Of a stretch of 64,000 nt of DNA, positions 26,465 to 39,650 are shown piece after piece (positions within the stretch are counted from its first letter, which is position 1; each line of letters starts with the position of its first letter). The notes under the pieces were generated by a model. The model had not been told where the DNA came from. It did no database searches and was given only the letters and a program-made list of their open reading frames with translations. Both the position numbers and the translations under genes were made by a program. This stretch comes from Camelus ferus. Lineage: Eukaryota. The stretch spans positions 53,942,001 to 54,006,000 of the forward strand of contig NC_045696.1 of assembly GCF_009834535.1 (NCBI RefSeq), written 5' to 3'.

Positions 26465-29400
26465 GGTAGCAGAATTCTATGCTTGTGAATGAAGCAAATA
26501 GTTCTCTTGTTCATTAGTTCACTGGACCTATAGCACCAGAATAAAATGAATATTTAGGTACAATTCATTTGATTGGTATACTGTAAAACTAACGTAGAGG
26601 TAAATCTCTGGTTACTAAATGAACAGAAATGGTACTTTTGCTTTTCTGCTTTTCAAGATAGAAAATGAGATGTGTAGCTTCACATTTTCAAACAGATGCC
26701 CACTAACAAGACATGGAATAGCTCTGATCTTTGGAAAGGAACACACACTGTTTTCTCTCTTTTTATTCTCGTTTTCTCTATTTAATAAAATACCTTTTCT
26801 TCTTTTTTGCAGAAACTCCTTTAATTAGAGTTCCTCATAATTGCATAATGATTTCTAGAGTGTTGCCTTTGGTCATTATAATAGACCGTTCCGAACATGT
26901 AATGGACTGAGTGCTTTAGATAAACCAATTGATATTTCTATAATGCTAGTGATGCTTAGGGACAGCCAAAGCTGGGGGGGGGGGGTACTTTTCAGAGTAT
27001 GTATATCTAGGGATACTGGCCTCAAAGCAAGAGGAAGTTTCTGTGAAAACCTGCTACAGATTCTGATATCACTGTCTTTCCTATTTCAAGCCTTAGTAGG
27101 GAAAGGCTCAGCCAATCAGAGTGAAATAGACTCCAAACACAAGGAGCCAGGATAGAAAACTCTACCGATCACAAAGGCAGTGCAAGTTCTGGGTGGGAGG
27201 CTGGGAGATCCAATATCAGAGGGTGGAAGGGAGTGTCTGAGCAAAAGCAACAGGGTTTTTCCCAAAAGAGATTTGGGCATAGCTTCAATCTCAATGCAGG
27301 TATCAGTACGAAGAGGTCTAGAAGGGAGTAACAGGGGCATCCCAGCCAATGTACTGTTGAAAAGGGCAATTTCAAGGGCAGAAAACAGAGTAAGAAAAGC
27401 CAGAAAAGTTTGTTTTAAGAGTCTGATCACCAAACAGATTAGGGGGTGGTGTTCCCACCCTTTGGACAAAAACTAATAACAGCATGTCAAGGCCCAAGTT
27501 ATAAAAAGACTGATATTTCTGGTGCTTATGTCTACTCATTTGCTCAAAATCACATACCTAGCAGACACCTTTGATTTTTCGCTCATCTTCTACTTCAGTC
27601 CTTTACCTATACCTCTCATACATATAATCAGTCTATCAACATTTTCAATCCACCGTCTTCATTGACCAGGACTCTGAGAGCATAAACCCTGATCACACTC
27701 CTGGCTCATGTGTCCATACAACAGTCAGAAAATTCTCGTAAAAACATAATTCAATTCATTTAATTCACCTACTTAAATATCTTTTAGTAGCTTCCCACTA
27801 CACTTAGAACACAAGCCAAACTCAAACATTTAGTACAATGCCCTGCACGATCTTTTCCCTTTTATGAGTCTCCAACTTTGTCCTCAGCCCCTTCCCCTTG
27901 CCCACTGCGCTGTTCAGCACTCTCTCCTCCTTTGTGTTCTGAGAGCTAGGATGTTGCTGAGTCAGCACATGGGCCCAAGAAGCCCAGCCTTCCCATACAA
28001 GAGAACTACCCGGGCTGGGAAGAAGGCAAAGCCTGACTCCATTCTGAACGTAGACTTTTATTCCCTCTTCTCCGGTCACCCCAGTTTTGACTTTGTAATT
28101 ATTCTGCCAATGCCCCAGAAGCATACAAGCTTATGAAGTGATGTGGATACAGGGAAAGAATCCTCATATTCAGAAATCTGTTATACAGAAAATAAATGGT
28201 CCGAGCAAGAATCTTATTGTGTTTTACTGAGTCTTGTGCTCGAATCTGGCCACTGCAAGTCACTAACTAATTTGAAAAATGCCCACTCAGGATGAGTGGA
28301 TTCAAAGTGAAGGCAAGGGAGACTGAGGCAAGGAACACAGTAACTGGAGCAATCAGGAAACAAAGGCAACATCTCCCCATCCTGCCTTGGGACTGATGAC
28401 AAAAACCAAGAGGACCCCTGTCCCTGCAGGCAGCGTTCCTTTGAAGAAACTTAAGTGGATGGCAGAGCAATTAGAAGAAGCACATGGAGAGCACTATACG
28501 TGCCCCCCTCACTACCGTACTCAAAATATTTTCCTTTTACAAGGAGCTCATTTAGAGGAGCTGTAACGAGCTAACATCACCTCGATTCTCCAGGGTTAGC
28601 ATCGTGTCATGTGAGCCCACCAGTGTTTCGTGCTCTGATTTTAGCCTCCTATTTCCTCACTGCCTAGAGAAGACAAGGCTGTCACTTAGAAGATGAAATA
28701 TATTTGCAAATTAATTAACTTTGTCCAGTAACTGGAGAATTAGATTTCTGTTAAGGGTTCTGTCTGAGTGATGGATTCTCAAGACACTGAAGGAATTAAA
28801 TATCACTTTTTTTTTCTTTCCCTTTTCCTGCAGTAGGATCATACAGCTGTCATTGTTCCCCTTCTCTCATCCACATTCCATTTATTACCACATTTCACCT
28901 ACAAAGCCCATGGAATTTGCTTTGGTAGCTGATGACTCTTGTGAGGGTTTGTAATCTCTACAAAGTCCTTATCAATTCATTATAAAACCAAGAAGCTAAT
29001 CAACATGAGGTCAAAGAGTAGGAGGCAGCTGTATTAGAACAGTGCTTGGTAAGGATTTTCTTTCCTTGACTGGCTCTTTGTTCTGATTTTGAAATGCATA
29101 AGGGCGAGGCCAGTAGAATATAAAATGAAGACAAGAGTTTACAGAATCTTGGATATGTAATGTAGGTCCATTAAGGGAGTTTTGCAATTAAAAATCTCCA
29201 GCAGGAAAAAAGCATTTCTGGTTTTTTTCTTGATGAGTATAAAAACACACTGTACTCTAATGTAGATGTGTTTATTTGTGTTCACTTTGGATGAAAACAA
29301 GATACACAAGGCACTGTTCTAATGATAATGGCATGTAACAGTCTTAGGGGAGTATCAACCTAATGAAAATAGAGAAAGTTAGAAGCGTATTTCAAGGACA

Positions 29401-29784
29401 TGTTTACTCAGAGTATGGTTAAAAAGGAGGTCCTAAAACATTCTTTTCTCTTTTTTTTTTTCCTCTCTCTCTTTTTTAAAATAAAAACCACATAATGAAT
29501 GTACCAAAGAATCATGCCTATTATCTTATATTCTTCATAATTTATTTCTGGCAAATGAACAAGGAAGCAAAAAATATAATCACTGGGAGACCACATTCAA
29601 AATGGTGAATACGTGCATGGGACTCATTTATAAACACACAGCACACAGCTGTCAGACGCCCAGAGTGAAGAACTAGGAACTAAAATATTTGTATGTGTGT
29701 TAATTTTAATTTAGTGTTTTGGGAAGCAGGAATGAAAACAATACAAAGAAAGAATCATGGAACCAAACCACCTGCTAAATAGAA

Positions 29785-29892
29785 TTGAATTTGAGCTCCT
29801 TGAAGATGAGAACAGTATCTTTCCATTTTGTACATCTAGGGTCAATTAAGGTGCCTAAAGAACAGTGAAGATTCAATAAATATTTGAATGAA
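29785..29892 (+). mobile_element. L2 3' end
   Basis: tgagctccttgaagatgagaacagtatc...gtgcctaaagaacag...tcaataaatatttgaatgaa. Confidence 0.7.
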
Positions 29893-32800
29893 AGCAGCAA
29901 AGCAGTGCATTTTTGGTAGAAGCTTCCATGGAGAGCAGTTCTTCTTTTCTCCTATTTTTATAAAATCTTTCTCAAACTTAAGGAATATCCAGTCGTTGAA
30001 ACATCAACATCAACTTCTTGGTATTATATTATGTTAGTCAATTATTTCAGGAAAAAGTTTAAACTGAACAGTATAAAGGGTTATCTACCCCTTCCTAATG
30101 ATTCCCAAGATACAACTAGGTATCTTGTAGCTTCTCCTGAATAAAATAAAATGAGGCTACTCTAAGAAAAGTAAAGCTTCGAAGTCTCAGGATGGTGATT
30201 TAAAGCAACGTTTCTCTGCGCACATGTGGATAAATGCCCGACTGGCAGGAGGAGTGATACAGTGCTGAAAACACCCTCTCCGGGATGAAATATGACATTC
30301 CTCTTCTGACACTAAATATGAGCCATCATTTAAAAAAAATCATTGTTTAGTTTTTAATTCTTATGGTCCTTCCACTTGGCAAAAGAATATTTTAATCTCA
30401 TGTAAAGCCACCTGCATTTTCCTGGCTTTAGACTCCAAACATTTTCCTTATAATAAAATTAGTATACATTGTTTGGCTAAAAATTCTATTCCACTTGCAT
30501 TCCAGTAATAGCAAGTAATCTTTGAATTTTATATCATCGTAATTGATTCTAATCTATGACAGGGCATACACTTAATGAGGGAAATAACTTGTAAATATGA
30601 CTTGCTATGTGCTTTCTTATTGGTAAGCAGATTTCTCTCCTTGTTCCCCATCTACCATGACAGCTAAGCCCTGATGTTTAGTGTCCCTGGGAAATTAGAA
30701 GAAAAAATTCCTAGACAGGAAAAGGAAAAGGAGAGATGGTCCCCTTCAGCTGGTGAAGTCTGGAAAGAGAAGGAAAAGTAGGCAAGTTAGAAGAGTGGCT
30801 TCTGACTTTCATATGTGGAAAAGTTTGTAGAGAAATCTAGAATCAATAGATCTTTTGCCCCTTTTCTTCACTTTTTTGCCTGGAAAGAGAGAGATGTGCT
30901 GCAAGGCCTTGGTCCAAGTCTGGGATGGTAGTAACAGTTTGTTGGGGAAAATTGGCCAGAGAGATGGATCTGAGACAGAACCCAGGGCTTCCTGTCTCTT
31001 GTTTGTGGTATGCAGAGGACCCAGACATTTGTGTGTGTTCTGTGGCACTGACGTGAGGGTGCTGTGAGGGCAGATTAACTACCAGAAGCCCAGGGTTGAA
31101 ATGAAGAAGCAGATGACTAGACCAGAGAGCACATCTGTGACCACCAGCCCAAAGCCCAGACCAGATCAGCCACCTTACTGCAGAAATGAGCCCCAGTGTT
31201 GACATTCAGGTGCATTCCAAAACTCTGCTTCCTGCCTCTCACCCCAGATGCCATGTTAGGTCACAGCAGGGAGAAGGTGGTGTGAATGACACTATTTGTC
31301 AAAAAGACACATGAGTGGACGTCCACAACAGACCATGTTGTCTGGAAGAGACAAAAAGACTGTTAATGGTTAAGCACGGACACCTCTTCCCTACTCCAAC
31401 CTAACCTCAGTCTGCTGAGCATGGAGAAGACGTGGAGAAACAGGAGAGCAATTATAGGAAATTAAAGAAATGCCATTTCTTACTGTCATCTGAGTAACAG
31501 TGTGTAAATTTCCAAATCGATTCCACACATTGTACTCCCATGTGAATTCAAATTATTCTTCCAACAAATGCTTTTTACCTTGAGTCACTTGAACAGAATC
31601 CTGTTCCCCCTGTGTTTAGAGAAGGTTATCGGCATTTCTTCTCACAACTCAGCAAAGCACAGCTGTCATTAGCACGTTCAGGACATCAAGAAGCAGAACC
31701 TCTTTGCAGCCTCCCTCCTTCTCTTCCATTCTGGATCACAGGAAAGGGAAGCGCTACCAGCACATTGGTTTCAGAATCACAGGTGTCTTTTTTTCCCCTC
31801 TAAAAGTTAACTCTCTTCTGGGAACCATGTGGGTTTCTCAGAGGAGCTGTTAGCAATTTCTCCTCCTCCTCTTTTTTCTAGTCTTGATTTTTGTTTCTTC
31901 TCCCCTCCCCCCAACTCGAAGCATAAACTTTAATGATGAAATTTCATGCTCAGCCAACTACTTTATGGCCACTTAAGAAGCATCAGTGAGGTTATATGCC
32001 TGCTCTTGGGAGCACTGCTGCCTGTTGCTTATTGTGTGTGGACGGCTGAGGGTAAAGAGTGGTCGAGCACTAAGCTGCAGACCCATTTCACCCTGCAGCT
32101 GTCCAGCACATAAATTCCTAACCCTGTATATGAATAATAAGAGTCAGTGACTTCCAAGCTTCTGTGGAGCCTAGACTTTAAAATTTCCCTGATTCTATTC
32201 CTTCATTCCTTCCTTTCTTCATTCATTCAATATAATTTATAATTTGATTTTGCCTCTGTTCATTCTTCATTCTTTGATTAATCTTTTGTTCTTGATTCCC
32301 TCTACTAATTTTTTAAATGGCTCTTAGTTTCAACATGCTGCATTTTTTGCACAAGTACATTCTTCTCTGCATCTTTTCTTAAGATACCTCTTACATCCCA
32401 AATGAGTTATCTCTATAGGTCTATGATTTTTTAAAACTAGCACACCTCTTCATCTTCATTTTCCTTGAAAATAGCACTTGCAGTAAACCTCACATTCTGA
32501 TGAGTAAACAAGTACCTCTCACACTCTAGTAACGCTTAACTACAGAAAACAATTTTATATCACATATTAAACTATTTGCATTTTAAATTTCTTTTGCCTA
32601 CGTTAAGCTCACTTATCAACCCTTGTGAGTTGCAGTGTATAAATAATGGTAATTGCATCATACAGCTAGTGGCATTATGATTTTAAACTAGTAGATTTAA
32701 GAGTAAAGATTAGGATTATGTTTTATCAATGGCTGCGTGATCTTGAACGAGTCACTTAACCTTTCTGAGCTTTAGTTTCCTCTGAGAAATCAACAAGGTA

Positions 32801-35239
32801 TTTTATCAACTTTTATCAACAACTTCTTCTTAAGATTGTTTTGAGAGTTAAATAAAAAAGGGTGTGAGCTCTTTGAAACAATGATGACACAGTATGGTAA
32901 GGCAGAGTTCTTTTTGATTACATCAGCCCTCAGAAAAAGCAAGAAAACACAGAGACTGAATTAAAAATTCAGAATAAAGGAGAAATATTTCTTCTGAATA
33001 ATATTAAGTCATGAATGCATTTTTTAATTGTTTATTTTTGCCTGTGACCAGATCTGGCATCATCTTAATCAGGAAGCCTAGACTATGTTTCCCTATCAGT
33101 AAAAAACAACAAAAGATGCCACATGAAGGAAGGGGTTTTAAATTAAGCATATTTTATATATGCTGTAAGTTTTATGTGACATCTCTTGTGAGCTGCCTCC
33201 CCGCCTCGCTACATGTTTTCCTTGCTGCCCTGTACCTCTTGATAGGAAACTAACTAGTAAAACAAATACAATCAAACTACCTAGAATTAAGCAGCCCCTG
33301 TTACAAGCCTTGCTTTTTAGGACACAGAAGCAGCATAAGGTAAGGTGTCTGTTCTCAAGGAGTCTATATTCTATTAAAATTTATAAAATGGTATAATTTC
33401 AGGGATCATAGAATTATTTAAGTAACCCATCTAATACATGAGTCCCCTCTAGAATGGGACCCTTAATCCATAGTTCAGCCAACTCTTGGTTACCTCCTGT
33501 GACAGAGATATTGTTACTTGGCAAGCCAGCCTATTTTCCCCTTTTGGTTGCTCTGAATAAAAGGTTTCCTTCCATTAACATTCCCAGGAGCATGCACCTC
33601 TCCATCTAAGTTCTACTCTTTGCGGTTATACATTGAAAAGCTTTATCATGAAACTGATGGGTGAATGCATTAATTGTTCAGAGAAGGGAAGGGGAAAGCT
33701 AGGACTCTAGCTGGTAATAAAAGCTTGATCTGGGCTTAGAAGAATGCTCAGGATTTAAATAATTAAAGGAGAACAATCCATAACACAATACAGGGAAGAA
33801 CAGAGTCAAGGCTCAGGGGCAAAAATGAGGGTGAGAGGCTCAGGGAGTCCCCCCTCTCAGGACAACTTGTACTTTGGAAGGAGCCAACTGCACAGATCAA
33901 CACTTTCATTAGAAATGAGGACCAGATCTAAGAATGGTAAAGATGGCAGTACTGCAAATTTCACTTGGCCCCTAAACCCTCCCTCTGAAAAGGAGGGTGA
34001 CATTCCACATTTTTGGAAGTCCAGAAACACTTCAGAGTGGAATATTCTGCTTTAGGTTGTGATTTCATATAATGCCACCCACTGAGATTTGTAGCAGCCC
34101 TGTATTTTTACACACCAGGGGATAATTAGGTTGTGCATCTAACTCTATTATTTTGATCAACTTAGATAACTAATGAGTTACAGGTGCGGTTGTGGTGAGC
34201 TAAGAAATCCAGACTTGCATAGCTCCTGAGGGGAGAGGTGGGGTAAGTCACGTCCATTAAAACAGTTCTCATCCAATGACCAATGCTGAGGCTCAGAATG
34301 GTAGTGATTTTTTGTTAGCAATGAGCAGCAGATCTGTATCCAAGAAACTTGGGAAGAATTCAGTGTCTAGAGATATGTACACATTTTAAAATTCAGAATA
34401 AAGCAAAATGCTACTGATGCATACAGAAAGGAAGTGATTGCCTCAAATAAAATACAAAGATAAGAATTACATCCCTACTTGAATCCATACCCTGTCTTCC
34501 AGAACATTCTCGAATTGTTTTGGCAATTTTTCCAATCATCTCAGAAAAGACTTTCGAATGTAATATTTTCACCCCTAGACCGTGAAATTTGCACCTTCTG
34601 AAGATACACACAAATCTTATTAGGTTCAGGAGACTATGAAAAACTTGTTTTTTTTGCCCAATGTACCTTCCCCCAAACACCAGCCTCCCCCACAAAAAAA
34701 AAAAAAGGGGGGGGGGAGGAGTTAAAGTCCACAAGTTAACATCTTAGAAAACCCAAAGGAGAAACTGTGTAGAATGGTTTATTGCACAAAGCAGATTTAA
34801 GATAATAAATCTTTCTGGATATGATAAGTATACCGCTAACCCCAATCACTTGACTAGCCCCAATATTTTGGCTGTGAAATTAATTAACATCCTTCTATGA
34901 CAAGGAGCGTCAAGTTCTCTATTTGAGAATCACAATACTCTGTAGAATGGAGAGATTCATATTTTAGAACTCAAAATATGAAGCAAATGTTTTTATTTGC
35001 TTATATGTATTTGTTCTTCTTAGTATTTTTCATTGGCACTAGAATATGTAAATATTATCGCACAGAGCTTGGGACTAAAAGAATACACCGACAACAGTTG
35101 GTATTTCAAATTATTCAGAATTCTGTCTTGATTCTATAACAGGCGGCTGAGTTTGTGACTGTCTTATGAGTAGGTATAAAAGAGGTGATATGTGATAAAG
35201 AGGACTTTGGGTCAGGAGTCAGATGAGTGGCTTACTTAC

Positions 35240-35475
35240 AAGAGTAACCACCATTTATTGAGGGCTTACAATATGCCAAGCACTGTGTAGTTTCAAAATG
35301 TTGTCTCATTTAAACTTCAAGATAACTCAAGAGGTAAATGCTGCTATGTCCCTAAAGCACAGAAGAGGAACTGAGGCTAAAGTGATTAAAAGAAAACTTG
35401 TTTAAGGTCATTCAGCAATAGAATTGAACCAGACTTCAATTCCAGGCTGTCAGATCCCAAAGTTCTCACTTTTCC
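35240..35475 (-). mobile_element. MIR SINE
   Basis: accatttattgagggcttacaatatgccaagcactgtg...ctcatttaaacttc...agaggaactgaggct. Confidence 0.8.
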
Positions 35476-36753
35476 CTCCCCAGAGGTCTCTGTATCTCTT
35501 TATTTGCTTACTGTGCATGACTATTAGTTACGTTTCCTGTGCCTCCATTTCCTCCTCTGTTAAATGGGGGTGATAATGATAGCAGCCCTGCTCAATCCCT
35601 ACAATCAAAGTGAAAAGGAAATAAGCACAGATGTGAAAGTGTTTTGTTAACCATAGAGCGTGAAGGAGTTTTAATACTGCTGAACTTACTTCACTCAACT
35701 AAAATAAGTTTTCGCAAGTTGAAAGTCCATTCTCCTTTGATCAGTTCTTAACATAAAGCAACCTTCTAGGGTTTATTTCAAATTCAGTTGGTATGTAGTA
35801 CTACCCACTCACAAAGCAGGGAGCCGGGCACGTGCAGCGGTGACCGGGCACCTCTTTCTGTGGTCTACGGATGTCCCAAATATCATGGGGGGGCTTAGGA
35901 CAAATCTCAGCGGGGCATAAGGCAAATAGAGGAGTGGTCTCTAAAAGCAAATAAAAGAGCTGGTCTTCAACTGGTTCCAGAGGAAGGTATTAGCTGTGAA
36001 AATACTGAACGATTTCAACTTCAATTACAGAAATCAACCCATTGCCTTGAGTCCCCAGTGCCTCTATCCCAACCCCACTTAGCTGTGGCTCCCACAGCCC
36101 TCCCCTGGGACCTCTCGGACTTCCCACACTCAGCAGCTAAACTGACCTTGGGCCCAGCTAGGGGTCTTTGGGGCTCTGGACTGTAACTATCTCCATTCTG
36201 ATGAATTGGTCCTCCAGCCACTCTGGTTGTTGAATGTCCTTAATATAAACTCTGGAAATACATCCGAAGAAAGGTTAACATTTCAAACCTTATCGTTCAT
36301 ATGTTTGCATCTTACTATGAATAAGAGTTAGTGGGCTCTTTTCATTGGTAGAGAAGGGAGTTGCTCTCCAAGCCTCCAGGGTGTGTCCATTAGCACTTTC
36401 CCAAACTTCTCTCTCCGGAGGTGGGGAATGGGGATGCTGTTTAGTATGTGCCTGTTTGGTTGTTGTCTCCTCCTCCTTGAAAGCAAGAACTGGCTTTTTC
36501 CTAGTGCCTGGTACAGGGACTCCAACAGTGGTGATGGTGAGATAAAGCATTAACGGTGGGACAAGAGAGTGCTGACAACGAAGGAGGAAAGACTGTGGCT
36601 CAGGGGAAAAGCAGGCCAGCTGGTGGTGTCCTAAACACAACCCAGCTAACTCAGAGTCAGAGGTAGAGCTCCTGACTTCTCAATGTTTATAGACACTCTA
36701 CTTTCATTCATGCTCTGTGCTCATATATTCAGCTAAACGTTTCTGTGTCATAT

Positions 36754-37206
36754 TGTGAAGGAAAAACCGGGCTGGTCTGACAAGATATCTCATAAGTCTA
36801 GGAATGTGAAGGAGAGGCTGGGCTGGGCTAACAAGTCGAAGTATTGGAATACTGATGTGAGTTCTGCTAGACTAACTTGTAAATCTAGGTTAATTAGTGT
36901 TGGTTTGCTGTTTATGTGTTTTTGCTAGCCAGCTGGATTTTCAAAGATACATATCTGGCTTTGGAATGTTGGTTTGCTGCCTCCCCGCCTCCACTTTTGT
37001 GATGATGATGCTGCTAAAGCTGTTCCATGCCTATTGGCCGAATACCCCAAGCTTGTACTTTACCCTATAAAACCTCATGTGCACATCTTGAAGGTGCTCA
37101 GAGCTTCGGAGCAGAAGCCCCTCTGAGCCCGCCGGTGTAATACATCTGAGTACTCCTACCCTCCGAGTGGTGCTTGTTTCTTGACTGGCCTGTCGTTTCC
37201 GTAACA
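36754..37206 (+). mobile_element. Young ERV1-class solo LTR (453 bp)
   Basis: TG...CA termini (tgtgaagg...gtaaca); perfect 4-bp TSD ATAT at 36750-36753 and 37207-37210; TATAAAA at 37066-37072; several CpGs retained. Confidence 0.9.
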
Positions 37207-39584
37207 ATATCATAATTGGGAAAACTCTGGGATTGGCCTCAGATATGCTGAAGATACCATTTCACTATCTTCTATATTTAACTCAGTATCAGACAAACTT
37301 GAGTTTAAAATCTATTTCCACTTCCAGGGTGTATGATCTCTCAAAAGGAACCACAACTCACTGAGCTTCAATTTTTTTCCCATGTAAAAAAGGATTCATT
37401 ACATCCACCTAGTTGTATGAGACATCACCAAAACCACAGGAGCAAAGAACTCTAAGTATTGCCTAGTTTTCGATGAACAATGGATACCTTCTTTTCCCAT
37501 GGCACTTTAGGGTTAAGCTTGTATAATACTCATTACGACAGTAGGAATATTATTAGGGAAGCAGTTAAAATTCACAGGTTTAAAGAGGGAAAGATATATA
37601 TAAAGACTCAGATATATAAAGTGGTTAACCCAAGATCATAGTCCAGTAAGCAGAAATGTCAGAACTGGAATGATCTCCTTGACACCTAGTTGAGTGTATT
37701 TTTGAGTCAGTGGAATCCCCAGCTCACATTGTATAGGGTCCTTCCAAAGAAAGTGAGAGAGTTTTACATTACTTGGATGGCAATCACACCCTTTCAAACC
37801 TGAATCTTGCTACATACAGAAGTTGGCTGGTGTGGTGGAAAGGGCATAGAATGAAAAAGCAACAAACAGTGTTGAAGGTTGAACTCTCCTTGCTACAACT
37901 TTGTGACCCTGGGTGAAATGCATCTCTTCTTGGGGTCTTCATATCCTCACCTTCAAAGTGAATGTGTTATGACGACTAGCTTATGAAGTATCTTTCCAAG
38001 GTCTGTAAATTCTGAATAACCACCTGAGTGCCTGTGACATCACCATCATCCCCCAACAGGGCATAGCGTACCTCATTTCAAAGACAAAGGCTTCTGCTCA
38101 CTGGGCATCCAGCTTCCCAATAAAAACACAGGCCCTTCGTGGGCAGTGACTCTCATTTCTGATTTTAATGGGCAAGATTAAAGGACAGTATGAATTGCTT
38201 TTACCTTTCTAAAAATAATTACTTTCGAGTATTATTACACCCTCTTGATGCCAGAAGTCCAAATGGGAACCAGAGGGGACTCTGAGGCTGAAGATATGCA
38301 GCCTGTTACATGGGAGGCATATGCCAGGTGGGTTATTCTTCATCCACTTTTGTGTCGTGTTACTGCAGCTGCTGCACAGCTGTTGCGATCTGTTCCCGGC
38401 GGTTGGCGACTGTGTGGCAATGGTAGGGAAAGAGGTTTTCTAAGTATTCTAAATGTGCTGTGCAGTAATTGCTAATGCAGTGTATTTGGATCCACTGGGG
38501 TTAGAGGCATTACAAATAGACACAGGGAAACAGGTTATCATTAGCAAATGCTCTGATTTTGGGGGGGAAAGGGGATCTTATGAAGCCGTTATTTTCTAAT
38601 GTCACTAGAATGGACTTCAGTTCATGGCAGAAAAAGCACTGTGATGGAAGAGCCAAATACAGTCTATGCTAGTTCCAGGTCCTGATTTAACGTTTATTTT
38701 AGTGGAGAAGATAGAAATGCATGAACATAATTTTTCCACAGGTCCTGGAACCAAGTGTCAAAACTGTGACAAAATCTTATTTTGATATAGGTGATTTTAA
38801 ACAGAACCCCTCAGCATATTCACCTGGTTTCTGGAAAGAATCACGCTTTGCCTTTGTAGCAGACATGGTCAAAGTCCCACGCATAAGCTCCTTACCCCAT
38901 CTGGGAAGTCATCAGGGGTTGCCACAGTCAATTCCCTGACCTCGAGGATGTGTGTTTCTCTACCTGCCTTCTCTGGCCAAAGGAATGCTCTTCCTACAAG
39001 TGGAGCAGAACGGTAGTGCAGGGAAGTGAGTGCTTCCAGGAGGAATGCCAACCAAGGAGAGATGGGAGTTTGTGGATAGATACTTCATTTTCCTTGCCTC
39101 TTGGTAGGCCAGTTCCGAGGTGTATTTTTCAGTCTCTGACAGGGTCTCCAGCAGGACTGAGCCATCACTGCCCACATGATTCTTAACAGACTTTTTACTG
39201 ATGTGCACCCAAATGCTTCTCCCAGAGCCGTATTTGGGAGCAATCCAAACTAAGCCACCTTTATCATCTTGAGAATAATTTTAGTTTTGATAATTTAAGC
39301 CAATGCATATAAAGCTCACAGGTGCTCAGTAACTTACTGGTCTGTATTTTTCACATTTTAATCTCAAGTTATATTTTATGCATTCCGAGACTGGGCATTG
39401 AGTGCTGGGTCCCAGTTTCTGCTGCTCCTTTAACACTGATGACTTCTCTGCCACTGACTCATGCACTCACTAAAAGTCATCTCCTTAACACCCTAGAATT
39501 GTTTGGATTTAACCCTATTACCTTATCTCACTTTAGGTTCCACCTGCCAACCTGGACATGGTATCCTTGTCATCTTGCCTTTCA

Positions 39585-39650
39585 CTTCTTTTTTAAATTT
39601 TACAAGATATTGAATATAGCTCCTTGTGCTATACAGTAGGTCCTTGTTGT
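39585..39650 (-). mobile_element. 66-bp L1 3'-UTR fragment flanked by a 10-bp direct repeat
   Basis: tacaagatattgaatatagctccttgtgctatacagtaggtccttgttg; ttgcctttca at 39575-39584 and 39651-39660. Confidence 0.8.

Noticed and set aside
27116..27476. Overlapping 98-117 aa ORFs on both strands
   Set aside because: No homology recognised, no splice or Kozak support; explained by locally higher GC.
30106..30127. 8-bp hairpin caagatac-aactag-gtatcttg
   Set aside because: Too short for a pre-miRNA; expected by chance in 64 kb.
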